Source of the DNA: an uncultured Acidimicrobiia bacterium
GTDB taxonomy: Bacteria; Actinomycetota; Acidimicrobiia; Spongiisociales; UBA5794
DNA length: 64,000 bases
Reading direction: 5' to 3'
Assembly: GCA_963823505.1 (NCBI GenBank)
Contig: CAWGLY010000004.1
Coordinates: 68,807 to 132,806 of the forward strand
The translations under genes and the position numbers were made by a program. Each line of letters begins with the position of its first letter. Positions within the stretch are counted from its first letter, which is position 1. The notes beneath the pieces are model-generated. The model was not told where the DNA came from and ran no database searches. It saw nothing but the letters and a program-made list of their open reading frames with translations. Below are positions 46,326 through 58,567 of this stretch, one piece after another.

Positions 46326-48701
46326 TCAGTTCACGCTGATGCAGGTGAACGATTCGGGTGCAGGCTCGTATGCGTCCAGCAGGGCTCCCGGTACGTTTTC
46401 CCGATACGAGTCGGCGTAGTAGTTAACTGCGCACCACTTGTCATCTGGCTCGACGTAAGTCCTTTCGTTGCCGGCGAGTAGCCACAGATTGCCGTTGATG
46501 TCTTCGGCCACTGTTCCTACCCCCGGTTCTGGGAGCAGGTACTCGCCCGTGGTGCATTCATCGATCGAGTCACCTTCCACCATGCCGAGGATGATTCCTA
46601 GCTCATCTACGGGGTACCGGTAGCTCAAGCATTCAAAGACCCCGGGTGCGAGCGGGTGGTACAGCCCGGTTAAGTAGTCGAAGAACCACTCGTCGCCATT
46701 CGCTTCTCGGACGAGTTCGCCCGGGCCGAGGTCAGTTGTTACACCGGAGCCGGGATCGCCTCCGGGGTTTGTGAGCTCCTCAACCCATTCGCTCTGACAC
46801 TGCAGGTCCAATCGCCACCCCGCGTCGTTGAAAATCGAGAGACAGTGCGACCCGACCGGAAAACCGCCATACGATGTCGGCTTTGCAGCGGCGTACTCCA
46901 TGAATACGAGGCCATTCGGCAGCTGGAGGGTCCCGATCAGATCCACGGCGACAGTTCCCGCCTTGAGTATGTCCTGTCCGGTGTTGACGGTGCTCGTGAT
47001 AGCTTCGATCGAGGCCTTCCAACGCTCCGTGGCGCGAAGCGCATAGGTCCTTGTGGCCTCACCACCGAATTGCCCGATCGCCTCGATGAGGTCGTCGTAG
47101 GAATCGGGAAGACAAGAGCCCAGTGCGGGGACCAGACCTGCAAGGTGCGAGTTCGATGCAGTCCAGGCGCACTCTGCGAGTTCGTACGTCTCATCGTCGA
47201 ATACGAATTCGATCGCACTGCCGTCGGGAAACAGATCACCCATCCAGTCGAAGATTTCGCCAACAGTCACGTCAAGTGCGATCGCGACCGAGGTGCGCAG
47301 CTGGCTGGCAGAGAAGTTGACGCTCGCCACGGTGGAGGGCCATGTCGCATGGTTCACGCTCACCACCGGGGATGCTGGGCTCAATCGAACGTGCAGTTCA
47401 CCCTCCGGCGCAACCGCCGGACCAAACGCGACGATCTCAGCAATGATGTCTGATCCTCCTACTTCGCTGAGATCGACTGCCGAGGCTGGATTGGCAAGCA
47501 CCAACGTTCGGTCGAAGATGACCGTCGACCGGTTCCGAAGCTTGACGACGGCATCGCTGGCAGAGAACAGCGAGCATGCTCCGAACAGCGGACCTCCGGC
47601 AATGCCGGGATCGACCATCCCTCCTTCGATCGACACCCGAGCGACGGCGGACGGTGAGCAATCTGGAGGCGAAATCGCTGTTCCTCCCGCCCAGTCGATC
47701 ACGTCGTAGAAGCGGTTGTACCAGGGCGTCTCAATCGTCTCTACGGTTGACAGCGATGTGAGCGGAGTCGACACCATATTGGCTGTGAATGTCAGTCCGT
47801 GGTCGGGTGTGATCAGTTCGGTGCCATCGACCGTCTCGTGATAGACGGCCGGAACTGTCGGTAGGCCGAGTCCGTCCCACTGGAAAGTATCCCTCGGTAG
47901 GCCGACCTCCACCTCGCCGATCCACGGACCCTCGATGTGGGCATCCATGCGCGGCCAATCTGCGGTCTCGCTGATATCCGGAAGGACCGTCACTGACGCC
48001 CAAGCGCCGACGGGGTCCGTGATCGCACCTGGCGGGACGGCAAGGGAGTAGTTTCCCCGGCTGCCCTCAATGTCGACCTCCGCCCCTATGGAGGCATAGA
48101 CCCACCGGTACGCCACAGAGTTCCCGTCGTCATCCACTGCTTCGAACGGCGCCGGGGTGATGCACAGGTCACCGGCGAGCTTCTTCAGGCGACCATCGCC
48201 CACCCCGGAGATGATCGTCGCATGCTCCAAGGTCGGGAACGGATGAAGCGCCCGCCACTCGACGAGGCTCTCGGCCACGGGCTCCGACGCAAAGACGTCG
48301 GCGATCTCATCGACGCTTGCCGTTTGGAGGTCGATCTGCTCATCCGACTCGCAGACGTCTGCTGGAATCGGGGGCGGCAGAGTGAGGGTGGCGCATGCAT
48401 CAACCGCTGCGATGAGCTGGCTCATCCGGCCTGGCCCAATCCCAGCGACGATCAGCGCATCCTCGAGCGAGTAGTGAGGCCGAGATTCCACGATCCGTTC
48501 TGCTATCGGCGTGGCGACATCGAGGGTTGTCTGCAGATCCTCCAGCGACGCCGTGTTCATGTCGAGTTGCCCCTCGGCGCAAACCAACTCCACGACCGGG
48601 ATTGCTGCGCCGGGATCCGTTGTAACACCACCTTGCGCCGACGCACGATCGGTTGATGCAACCAAGACTGATCCGACCAGCAAAGAAATGACCAACGGCA
48701 T
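46326..48701 (-). CDS. large secreted protein with two ComEA-like helix-hairpin-helix DNA-binding repeats and a long C-terminal domain
   Basis: Signal peptide MPLVISLLVGSVLVAS. Two HhH repeats of ComEA type (LDMNTASLEDLQTT...IVAGIGPGRMSQLI; IDLQTASVDEIADV...IISGVGDGRLKKL). Confidence 0.6.
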   Translation of the reverse strand: MPLVISLLVGSVLVASTDRASAQGGVTTDPGAAIPVVELVCAEGQLDMNTASLEDLQTTLDVATPIAERIVESRPHYSLEDALIVAGIGPGRMSQLIAAVDACATLTLPPPIPADVCESDEQIDLQTASVDEIADVFASEPVAESLVEWRALHPFPTLEHATIISGVGDGRLKKLAGDLCITPAPFEAVDDDGNSVAYRWVYASIGAEVDIEGSRGNYSLAVPPGAITDPVGAWASVTVLPDISETADWPRMDAHIEGPWIGEVEVGLPRDTFQWDGLGLPTVPAVYHETVDGTELITPDHGLTFTANMVSTPLTSLSTVETIETPWYNRFYDVIDWAGGTAISPPDCSPSAVARVSIEGGMVDPGIAGGPLFGACSLFSASDAVVKLRNRSTVIFDRTLVLANPASAVDLSEVGGSDIIAEIVAFGPAVAPEGELHVRLSPASPVVSVNHATWPSTVASVNFSASQLRTSVAIALDVTVGEIFDWMGDLFPDGSAIEFVFDDETYELAECAWTASNSHLAGLVPALGSCLPDSYDDLIEAIGQFGGEATRTYALRATERWKASIEAITSTVNTGQDILKAGTVAVDLIGTLQLPNGLVFMEYAAAKPTSYGGFPVGSHCLSIFNDAGWRLDLQCQSEWVEELTNPGGDPGSGVTTDLGPGELVREANGDEWFFDYLTGLYHPLAPGVFECLSYRYPVDELGIILGMVEGDSIDECTTGEYLLPEPGVGTVAEDINGNLWLLAGNERTYVEPDDKWCAVNYYADSYRENVPGALLDAYEPAPESFTCISVN

Positions 48702-48984
48702 GAGATGCCGGTGCAACGAAACAGACACTTTGAGCCCCCCTCTACGTGTCGAATTCTCTCCTTTCGCATCATCAGCCATATGCCCTAGCGCATCATCATC
48801 AAAATTGATGAAACTCCATCCGAATGAAATCAACCCGTGAGCTTCACGGCCCGCCCTTGATCTCGAACCACCAGTTGCTCGCTAGACGAAGCCACCGGAC
48901 CCTGACGCCCAGTGACCATTGCCCAGTGCCGCCCATCCATGCGCGCTGTAGGCTCGTGGTCGCCAGGACTCCCGAGGGGGGAGA

Positions 48985-50944
48985 GTGGAACATCACTCTG
49001 AGCTGACCAACTTCATCTGGACCGTCGCCGATCTGCTCCGCGGCGACTACAAGCAGTCCGAGTACGGGCGCGTCATCCTGCCGCTCACGGTGATCCGCCG
49101 CCTCGACTCGGTCCTCGCACCGACCAAGGCCAAGGTCCTCGCCGAGCACGACCGCTACCGGGACAAGCTCGGCGACGAGGCTCTCGCCGACCTCCTCAAC
49201 CGGGCCGCCGGGCACACCTTCCACAACACCTCGACGCCTCGACTTCGAGACCCTGGTCGCCGACGCCCCCAACATCGCCGCCAACCTGAAGTCCTACCTC
49301 GCCGGGTTCTCCGAGAACGCCCGGCGGATCCTCGACAACTTCCGGTTCAACGAGCACATCAACCGGCTCGACCGGGCCGGGATCCTCTACCTCATCATCC
49401 AGCGGTTCAACCAGGTCGACCTCCACCCCGACCGGGTCTCCAACGTCCAGATGGGCTACATCTACGAGGACCTCATCCGCCGCTTCTCGGAGCAGTCCAA
49501 CGAGACCGCCGGCGAGCACTTCACCCCCCGTGAGGTCATCAAGCTCATGGTCAACCTGCTCTTCGCCCCCGACCAGGACGTGCTCACCGACCGCCACATC
49601 GTCCGCACCATCTACGACCCCGCCTGCGGCACCGGCGGCATGCTGTCGGTCGCCGAGAACCACCTCCGCAACCTCAACCCCGACGCCACCCTCGAAGCCT
49701 TCGGCCAGGAGATCAACCCCGAGACCTACGCCACCTGCGTCTCCGACATGATGTTGAAGGGCCACGACACCGACAACATCGTCTTCGGCAACACCTTCAC
49801 CGAAGACGGCCTCCCCACCAAACGCTTCGACTACATGCTCACCAACCCGCCCTTCGGCGTCGACTGGAAGAAGTACCAGCAGCAGGTCAAGGACGAGCAC
49901 GAGCAACACGGCTGGCAGGGACGATTCGGCGCCGGCCTGCCCCGAGTCTCCGACGGATCGCTCCTCTTCCTCCAACACATGATGTCGAAGATGAAGGCGC
50001 CCCAGCACGGCGGCAGCCGCCTCGCCATCGTCTTCAACGCCTCGCCGCTGTTCACCGGCGCCGCCGGCTCCGGCGAGTCGGAGATCCGCCGCTGGATCAT
50101 CGAGAACGACTGGCTCGACGCCATCGTCGCCCTGCCCGACCAGCTCTTCTACAACACCGGCATCTCCACCTACGTCTGGGTGCTCACCAACCGCAAGACC
50201 GACGCCCGCAAAGGCAAGGTCCAGCTCATCGACGCCCGCGACCTGTTCCAGAAGATGCGCAAGAGCCTCGGCGACAAACGCAACGAGCTGTCCGACGACC
50301 ACATCGCCGAGATCACCCAGATCTACGCCGACTTCGCCGAGTCCGACCGCTCGAAGATCTTCCCCAACGAGCACTTCGGCTTCCGCCGCATCACCGTCGA
50401 GCGCCCGATGCGGGGCAGTTGGGTCATCGACGACGAGGCGATCGAGTCGATCCAGGCACACCGGTCGTTCGAGAAGATGAAGCCCGACCAGCAGGCGGCG
50501 CTGCTCGATGCGGTGACGGCGATCCGGGACGACTACGGCACCGACGAGGCGGCGCTGGTCGACAAGCTGAAGGCGGCCACCGCCGAGCGAGGGCTCAAGC
50601 TGACGGCGACGATCAAGAAGCTGGTGCTCGGCGCCGCCTACCGCTACGACCCCGACGGCGAGCTGCTCCTCGACAAGGACGGCAACCCGCAGCCCGACTC
50701 CGATCTGCGCGACTACGAGAACGTGCCGCTCGCCGAGACGATCGAGGAGTACATGCAGCGCGAGGTGCTGCCCCATGTCCCCGGCGCCTGGGTCGACGAG
50801 TCGAAGACCAAGATCGGCTACGAGATCCCCTTCACTCGGGAGTTCTACGTCTACGAGCCGCCCCGACCGCTGGCGGAGATCGACGCCGAGATTGAGGCGC
50901 TCGAGGGCGAGATCCTGGAGCTGCTCCGCGAGGTCGCGACTTGA
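48985..50944 (+). pseudogene. hsdM: type I restriction-modification DNA methyltransferase HsdM, single frameshift near 49235
   Basis: N-terminus FIWTVADLLRGDYKQSEYGRVILPLTV (frame 48985). The remainder, with NPPFG and DPACGTGG, is in frame 49451..50944. A 1-nt insertion falls after FHNTS. Confidence 0.8.
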
Positions 50945-51039
50945 CCGTTCAACTCGCGGCCGCCGTGTCCGTTGACAGCGCCGACGTACTCGCAGATCCG
51001 ATGGACGGCTCGACGCTCTCCGGTCGCTCCGTGACGGCA

Positions 51040-52230
51040 CGTTGAGTCGACGGCACCGGTCGCCTCGTCGACTGGACTGGCGATCGCCCGGAGCACACGA
51101 TCGAATCGGACGAGGCGGCCAGACGGCTTCGACGCATCGTGGCGGGCGACACGATCATGCTCGACGAAGTCGCGGACGTACCTGCACGAGGTCTGGCATG
51201 TCTGATCGGTCCGGACCACTGCTCGCTCACGAGCTAGTGGTCGTGCGTCCGAACCGCATGGATCTCGACAGCACGCTACCTCTACTACGTCGTTCTGTCG
51301 TCTACGTTCGTCGAAGTGGTCGGATGCGCTCGTCCTATGGCACGACGATGCCGCGCACCTCAGTCGGAAGCGCCGTGGCAAGCTCGAGAGTCGAGCTGCC
51401 GTCCCTGCCGGCAACTCAGCAGCACCATCGCCGACTTCCTTGATCGGGAGACGGGGCGGATTGATGCGTTGGTGGAGAAGAAGCGGCGGCTGATCGAGCT
51501 GCTCGAAGAGAAGCGGACGGCGCTGATCAGCCACGTCGTCACCAAGGGCCTCGACCCAACCGTCCCGATGAAGGACTCCGGCATCCCCTGGCTCGGCGAG
51601 ATCCCAGCGCATTGGGAGCGTTACCAAGCACGTGCTCGTCCACATTGCCGAAGGTCAGGTCGGAGCATCGACGTCTCGAGCCGTCGGACGCATCGATGCC
51701 GCTCGTAGCATCCGTAACTACATGCGTCCAGGCCGAGTCGACGAGTTGACCGACGTCGCATCATGCTCCAGGAGCAGGATGCCATCAGCGGTAAGTACCT
51801 GTGCGAAGCCGGGCGATCGTCGATCTATTCGAAGATCCGCACCCGGCCGACGAAGGTTGTGTTGGCTCCAGGCGAGTGCCTCTGTAGCGCCGACATCGTA
51901 CCCAATGCGTGTCGCCATGGGCTTCGCCCCGGGTTCTTGCGTTGGTGCTTGCTAGGCGATCGCTTCTCGACGCAGGCCGCAGCTTGGGTCTCTGAACGGT
52001 GCGGCTATGCCGAAGGTCAACCGGGGACGCTCGTCGACGTGACGATTCCCGAGCCGCCCGGCGACGAGCAGGCCAGCGATGTCTGGGACTTGCAGGAGCG
52101 CTGGAGCAGACTGGACGAGTGATGCGGCTTGATCGAGCAGCAGCTCGACCTGCTCGCCGAGTACCGCCAAGCCCTCATCACCGCCGCCGTGACCGGCCAG
52201 ATCGACGTCGAGCGCCGAGACGCCCGAGCC
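51040..52230 (+). pseudogene. hsdS: type I R-M specificity subunit HsdS, fragmented by multiple frameshifts
   Basis: Conserved HsdS pieces lie in different frames: GTTMP...[70 protein letters not shown]. Confidence 0.65.
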
Positions 52231-52245
52231 CGAGGAGGCACTGGC

Positions 52246-55200
52246 ATGAGCGTCCACAAGGAGGGCACCTTCGAGGCGGCGATCGAGTCGCACCTCCTCG
52301 CCAACGGCTACTTGTCTCGCCGACTCCGTACGACGCCGACCTCGCCCTCGACACCGGCCACCTGTTCGCCTTCATCGAGGCGACCCAGCCCGAAGCCTGG
52401 GCCGAATACGTCAGCCTCCACGGCGACCAGGCACGCTCCACCCTCCTCAAGCGCATCGTCTCCGAGCTGGACCGCCAAGGCTCGCTCGGAGTACTGCGCA
52501 ACGGCGTCGTCGACTACGGACAGACGTTCAAGCTCGCCTTCTACCGGCCCGCCACCACGCTGGCTCCCGACGTGCAGCAGCTGTACGACGCCAACCGGCT
52601 TGTCGGTGATGCGGCAGGTGCCGCTGTCGGGCACGCAACGAGACCGTCGACATGGTGCTGTTCGTCAACGGCATACCTGTCGTCACCATCGAGTTGAAGA
52701 CGCCGACCACCAACCAGACCGTCGAGGACGCCGTCAAGCAGTACAAGGCACGAGACCATCGCCAGCAGCTGTTCCGCTACGCCGAGCGGGCGCTCGTCCA
52801 CTTCGCCGTCGATCCCGAGTCTGCCTACATGGCGACCAGGCTCAGCGGCAAGCAGACCCGGTTCCTGCCGTTCAACATCGGCCGGGACGGCGGCGCCGGC
52901 AACCCCGACAACCCCGCCGGCTACAAGACCGCCTACCTGTGGGAAGACGTCTGGCAACGCGACTCGCTGCTCGACCTGGTGCAGCGCTTCATCAACATCG
53001 AGTACCCGCCCGGCACCAAGAAGAAGGACCCGAAGAAGGGCGTCCACATCTTCCCTCGCTATCACCAGCGGGACGTCGTGAGGCAACTCGAAGCCCACGC
53101 CCGCCAGACCGGACCCGGCCACAACTACCTGGTGCAGCACTCGGCCGGGTCGGGCAAGTCGAACTCGATCGCCTGGACCGCCCACCGGCTCTACTCGCTG
53201 CACAACGAGGCCAACGAGCGGGTGTTCCACTCGGTGGTGGTGATCACCGACCGGCGGGTGCTCGACCAGCAGCTCCAGGACACGATCTACGGCATCGAGC
53301 ACCAGTTCGGTGTGGTGCACCGCATCGACGAGAACTCGCAGCAGCTCGCCGATGCGCTGGCGACCGGGGCGCCGATCATCATCTCGACGCTGCAGAAGTT
53401 CCCGGTGGTGATCGAGAAGATCGGCGGCCTGCCCGACCGCAACTACGCCGTGATCGTCGACGAGGCCCATTCCAGCCAGACCGGCGAGGCGGCCCGCAAG
53501 CTGCGCCAGGTGCTCACCACCGGCGGCATCGCCAACCTGCGCCGACGACGACGAGGAAGGCATCGACACCGAAGAGGCGGTGCTGCGGGTCATCGAAGCG
53601 TCGGGCCGCCAGCCCAACCTGAGCTTCTTCGCCTTCACCGCCACCCCGAAGCCGAAGACGCTGGAGATGTTCGGCACGGTCGGCGACGACGGCAAGCCCC
53701 GCCCGTTCCACGTGTACTCGATGCGCCAGGCCATCGAGGAGGGCTTCATCCTGGATGTGCTCGCCAACTACACGACGTACGACCGGTTCTTCAAGCTCAC
53801 CAAGGCCATCGAGGACGACCCGGAGTTCGAGTCACGCAAGGCGCAGCGGGCGATCGCCCGGTTCGTGCGACTTCCACCCCACCAACCTGGCGCAGAAGGC
53901 CGAGGTGATCGTCGAGCACTTCCGCCAGCACGTCCGGCACCGGATCGACGGGCGGGCCAAGGCGATGGTGGTGACGAAGCTCGCGGCTGCAGGCGGTGCG
54001 CTTCTAGCAGGCGATCAACGAGTACTGCGACGCCAACGAGTACCACGACATCGGGACGCTGGTGGCGTTCTCCGGGTCGCTGGACGACGTGACGGCGGTC
54101 GCGTACACCGAGACGTCGCTGAACGGGTTCTCCGAGCGGGAGCTGCCCGGCCAAGTTCGACACCGACGAGTACCAGGTGCTGGTGGTGGCCGAGAAGTAC
54201 CAGACCGGGTTCGACCAGCCGCTGCTGCACACGATGTACGTGGACAAGAAGCTCGACGGGGTGCAGGCCGTGCAGACGCTGTCCCGGCTGAACCGCACCA
54301 TGCCCGGGCAAGGACGGACACGTTCGTCCTCGACTTCGTCAACGACGCCGAGGACATCCAGGGCGGCCTTCGAGCCGTACTACGAGGCAGACGGTGCTGG
54401 AGTCGCGGACGGATCCCAGCAATGCTGTACGACTTGAAGCACACGCTGGATGAGTGGGGGATCTACTGGCCACAGGAGGTGGAGGACTTCGCGGCGATCT
54501 TCTTCAAGCGGACGATGGACGCAAGCGACCAGGGACTCCTGTACGCCATCGTCGACAAGGCGGTGAGCCGTTTCGCAACGAGCTGCAGCATGACGAAGAA
54601 CGAGAGGACTTCAAGAGCCTGCTCGACTCGTACTTGCGGATGTATGGGTTCCTCACCCACGTTGTCAGCTTCAAGGACACGAGCCTGGAGAAGCTCTACG
54701 CCTATGGCAAGTGGCTGCGCCGGCTGCTGCCCAGTAGCCGGGAAGTCTCGATCGTCGACCTCGGTGAGGACATCGATCTGGCTGCGATCCGCATCCAGTT
54801 TGCCGGTTCCGGCGCCATCGAGCTTGGCGAAGGACGGGAGCTGACGCCGCCCCGGCCGGGTGGCCGGAAGGCGGAGGAGCTGTATGTCTCACTTAGCGAG
54901 CTGATCAAGGAGTTCAACCAGCGGTTTGGCACCGATTTCACCGAGGCCGACATGTTGCTGCCAGAGGCGGTCCACTTGGACATGCTGGCAGACGACAGAC
55001 TGGCCGAGCAGGCCAGGGCCAACACGCCGGCGAACTTCCGCATCGTGTACGAGGATGCCTACCGGGATGCGCTGTTCGACCGTAAGGACCGCAATGAGGA
55101 GGTGTTCCTCAAGCTGGTCGACAACAACAAGCTGCTGCAGGCGATGATGGATGCGTACTTCCAGGCGACGTACAAGAAGCTGCAGGACCAGAAGACCGCG

Positions 55201-55692
55201 CCGGAGCTGATCGAGGCAGGCGAGTCCGACAGGGTCGAGTTCAAAGCGTCGGCGCGGTGGGGCTACAAGGCAGGCAAGCTGCTGCCGGAGGTCGAAGATG
55301 CCTTCGTGAAGACGGTCGCAGGCTTCCTGAATGCCGATGGCGGCACGCTGCTGATTGGTGTCGAGGACCGCACGGGCGGGGTGGTCGGCTTGGACCGGGA
55401 CGTGGCATCGGTGAAGGGCAAGGACCTCGACGGCTACGAGAACTGGATGACCGACAAGCTGGTGGCTGCGCTCGACCCGGGTGCGACGTCGGTGGCTCGA
55501 GTTGCAGTGTCGTTCGCTTCGGTCGACGGGGTTGAGGTGGCTCGCCTCGAGGTGGCGCCGAGCCCCGAGCCTGTCTACGCCAAGACATCGAAGAGCAGCG
55601 AAGCCTTCTACGCCCGTATCAACAACTCAACGAGGGAGCTATCGCCAAGCGAGACGGTCAAGTACGTAGGCGAAAGGTGGGGTACGGGATGA
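52246..55692 (+). pseudogene. hsdR: type I R-M restriction subunit HsdR with C-terminal Schlafen/AlbA_2-like domain, at least 6 frameshifts
   Basis: Start MSVHKEGTFEAAIESHLLANGY. Helicase motifs (SAGSGKSNSIAWTA, DEAH as VIVDEAHSSQ, TATPKPKT) and HsdR C-terminal pieces are spread over four or more frames. The tail ESDRVEFK...FLNADGGTLLIGVED is AlbA_2/Schlafen-like. Confidence 0.7.
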
Positions 55693-55735
55693 GTGGAGCA
55701 CCTTTGATTTCGAAGACCGTTCGAAGGAGGATGCA

Positions 55736-56629
55736 ATGCCGCTCTACGAGGTGAAAGAAAGCGAACTGGTTGGTTTTCGGAAGCTCCACGGAGGCGCCGA
55801 CCTCTATGAGCAAGAGATCGAAGACCTGCTTTGGTCCAACCTCGATGACTTCACAGGAGAGTCCTTCTTCCGTATTCAGCGCCAAGCCCTAATCAAGGGT
55901 GGGGGCCGTCCAGACATCGTTGCGCTCGATGACACGGCGCGTGTGGTCGTTATCGAGGTGAAGCGCGATGTAGACCGGGGGCAGCTCGCACAATGCCTCG
56001 AATACGCCGGATGGGCCAAGACCACATCGCTCGACGAGCTGGCCGGGTTGTACTTCCGGGGACCGGACAAGTTCTTTAGCGATTGGCAGGAGTTCACGGA
56101 GTCAGACGCCCCGGTCGTCATCAATTCCAATCCGCGCCTAATCCTCGTGGCTCGCGACTTCCACGATCGTACGTTCTCTGCGTTTGAGTTCCTTACCCAG
56201 GGTCAGCTGCCTATCGGCCTCATCCGGGTCGCCGTCTACGAGGATGCGAGCGGCCGTAGGTTCGTCGACGTCGAGGGCGACCACGAGCCCGAGTTCGCCG
56301 CAAGCCAAGAGGCTGCTGGCATCGACCACACCAAGATTGTCGGGCGGAGGATCAGGCTTGCAGACCTGTTGGATGCCGGACTTCTTGAGGTCGGCGACGC
56401 GTTGACCTGGAAGCGGCCGAAGCTCGGGGACTCCTACACGGCCCACGTGAATGCGCAGGGAGCGATTCAGCTCCCTGATGGACGATCGTTCACGTCGCCG
56501 TCCCGGGCAGCAATGGAGGCGGCCGACATCGTGTCGTACGACGGTTGGTACGCGTGGCGGCTCGATCGGAATGGCAAGCTGGTGAACGATCTCCGCAAGG
56601 AGCTCGTCGACGAACGCAATTCAAACTGA
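55736..56629 (+). CDS. NucS/DUF91-like PD-(D/E)xK nuclease with C-terminal RAMA-like (putative modified-DNA reader) domain
   Basis: DIVALDD...VVIEVKR...QCLEY gives the D-EVK and QxxxY motifs of NucS-type nucleases. The C-terminus has SPSRAA and DGWYAWR motifs reminiscent of RAMA domains. Intact frame; lower GC than the flanks. Confidence 0.55.
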   Translation: MPLYEVKESELVGFRKLHGGADLYEQEIEDLLWSNLDDFTGESFFRIQRQALIKGGGRPDIVALDDTARVVVIEVKRDVDRGQLAQCLEYAGWAKTTSLDELAGLYFRGPDKFFSDWQEFTESDAPVVINSNPRLILVARDFHDRTFSAFEFLTQGQLPIGLIRVAVYEDASGRRFVDVEGDHEPEFAASQEAAGIDHTKIVGRRIRLADLLDAGLLEVGDALTWKRPKLGDSYTAHVNAQGAIQLPDGRSFTSPSRAAMEAADIVSYDGWYAWRLDRNGKLVNDLRKELVDERNSN

Positions 56630-56644
56630 TTGGTAGGAGTTCAA

Positions 56645-57316
56645 ATGGCGCTTGCGAACGGAGTGTCGGAATTCGTTGAGAGACAACGCTCGCTGTACGG
56701 CAAAGACCTGGTCCCGTCTCGACGGGATGCCGAACAGCAAGCCAGAGAACTGCTGGACGATCGCGCTGGCACGATGACCGAGGACGACGCTCTCGAGCTT
56801 GGGCGACTCCTTAACTCTGGGTCGTGGGACGGCCGCCCGATGCGCAATCGCTTCGCACCCATGTTCCAGGGCGGCGCCATTGCGAAACTGACGGCGGACC
56901 TCGACCGCTTCAATGCAGTGACTGCTGGATTGTGGCGGGGCTCAGACGAGGAGGCGCTCAGCGCCCTTGACCGCATCTACAAGGACCACTCCACCCTGCC
57001 GAGCGCAGGAAGGTCCTATCCCTCGATCCTGATGTACCTTCGAGACCCGGAGCGGTTCGCAGTGCACTACAGCTCCACTGACGAGGGCCTGACGGCACTC
57101 GTCGGTGTGGAATTGCCGGACCGGCAGATTGGCAAGGACGGATTTCTCGCCTTCTGTGCACAAGTGCGGAAACTCCGAGTCGAGTACGACCTCGCCCCGC
57201 AAGAGGTCGATGCCGTCCTAGCGTCGGCCCAGAGAGAGCTGTGCACTTCGACGAGCGTCGACACTGATGAAGTGCCAGTCGTGGGCGCAGGCGCTGTCCG
57301 GGGAGGAGACGCATGA
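56645..57316 (+). CDS. hypothetical protein (defence-island resident)
   Basis: An intact 224-aa frame immediately downstream of the NucS-like gene. No recognised motif. Confidence 0.4.
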   Translation: MALANGVSEFVERQRSLYGKDLVPSRRDAEQQARELLDDRAGTMTEDDALELGRLLNSGSWDGRPMRNRFAPMFQGGAIAKLTADLDRFNAVTAGLWRGSDEEALSALDRIYKDHSTLPSAGRSYPSILMYLRDPERFAVHYSSTDEGLTALVGVELPDRQIGKDGFLAFCAQVRKLRVEYDLAPQEVDAVLASAQRELCTSTSVDTDEVPVVGAGAVRGGDA

Positions 57317-58560
57317 CCCCGGAGGAGTTCAGTCGGAGCTGGGGGGCCTCACCGAAGAGGCTGAAGCGATGGCTGCGGGACACCTTCCCGCGACCTCCGG
57401 GAGAGGAGAACCAACCGTGGATCATGTCCGAAGATCAGATCGCTCAGGCACGGCGGCCTTCACGTCCAGTGAGACAACGCCGTGGGACGAGTTCATCCAC
57501 TGGGCTGCGCGGTTCTTCCAGCGGCCCGACTACGACAGCATCGAACGCAACTACAAGCTCGAGATCGCAGACCACCTCCGCTCCGTCAGGGAGGCTGTGC
57601 GCCGAGCGGACGAGGACTGGCCGGTGAAGCTGAAGCGTGCGTTTGGGTCGCCCAACAACCTCACGTACTTCATTACCCACACGACATACCTTGACTGGGT
57701 CAACTCCAATCCTGACGAGGCGCGGGCAGGGCTGCTCGCGATCTGGGACGAAGACGCCGGAATCCAGGAGCGGCTCCTCGGGTTCCTTGATTCACTTCCG
57801 CACGAGGCGCTTGCAGGCGGGGCATCGGCAATCGTCTGCAGATTGCCTCGTTCCTCCTGCTCGCTGATCCGACCGAGTTCGTGATCTTCCGCCCTTCGCC
57901 GATTCAACGAAGGGTGTCGCCGTCGGGAGTTCCCGGTTGGCACCGAGGTTGACGAGTATCTGAGGGCGCTCTGCCTTCGTCGATAAGGTGGTCGAGGAGT
58001 GCGCCCGGGGATTGGAGCTCAGGGACCAATTCGACGCGCAAGGTCTCGTGTGGTCGGTAGTCACGCAGAGGAGGCCTGATCCATCGACAGAGGAGCACGG
58101 AAGCCCTGCACCGCTTCCGTGGCGAACCTACCACGGTCTGGTGGGTGAATCAGGGGATCAACGAAGAGTGGGAAGCCGGCGTAGTGACGCTCCGTTGCGG
58201 AACAAATCAGGACGACCTCCAGCACTGGACGAACCTGTACGCGCCCCGTCGATGTGATCGTGCTCACTACGTTGCAGGCGAGGTCCGGGCAATCAGCAAG
58301 TGCCCAAAGTGCACGGCAGCCAACCGTCGGAAAGAGTGAGGGTCGATTGGAGCTCGTCCGACTCCGCTACCACGACCTCGAGGTTCCGATCGGCAAAGAC
58401 GAGATTCCTCGGAGTGGAGCTCGAGGATCGGGCCCATTCAATCGGAAGGGCGAGGTCAAACAGGGCTACGTCTACCTGGAGCCGGAACGTGCCGCGATCT
58501 CGGATTCGCTGCGCCGACGCGGGCCCGGTTCGCCGACCGGTGGCCCGACGGGTCGCCTTG
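57313..58560 (+). pseudogene. degraded gene, possibly an N-terminal sensor (DUF3578/MrcB_N-like) region of a McrB-type protein; multiple frameshifts
   Basis: Fragments PWDEFIHWAARFFQRPDYDSIERNYKLEIADHLRSVREAV and IASFLLLADPTEFVIFRP lie in different frames. There is no long intact ORF. Confidence 0.3.
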
Positions 58561-58567
58561 GGCGCCC

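Noticed and set aside
49196-51040. 614-aa minus-strand ORF across hsdM
   Set aside because: Antisense to clear HsdM motifs (NPPFG, DPACGTGG). The translation is a Gly/Asp/Val/Leu repeat with no motif.
50851-51645. 264-aa minus-strand ORF over the hsdS region
   Set aside because: Opposite the HsdS conserved fragments and the translation lacks motifs. The region is better explained as a decayed hsdS on the plus strand.
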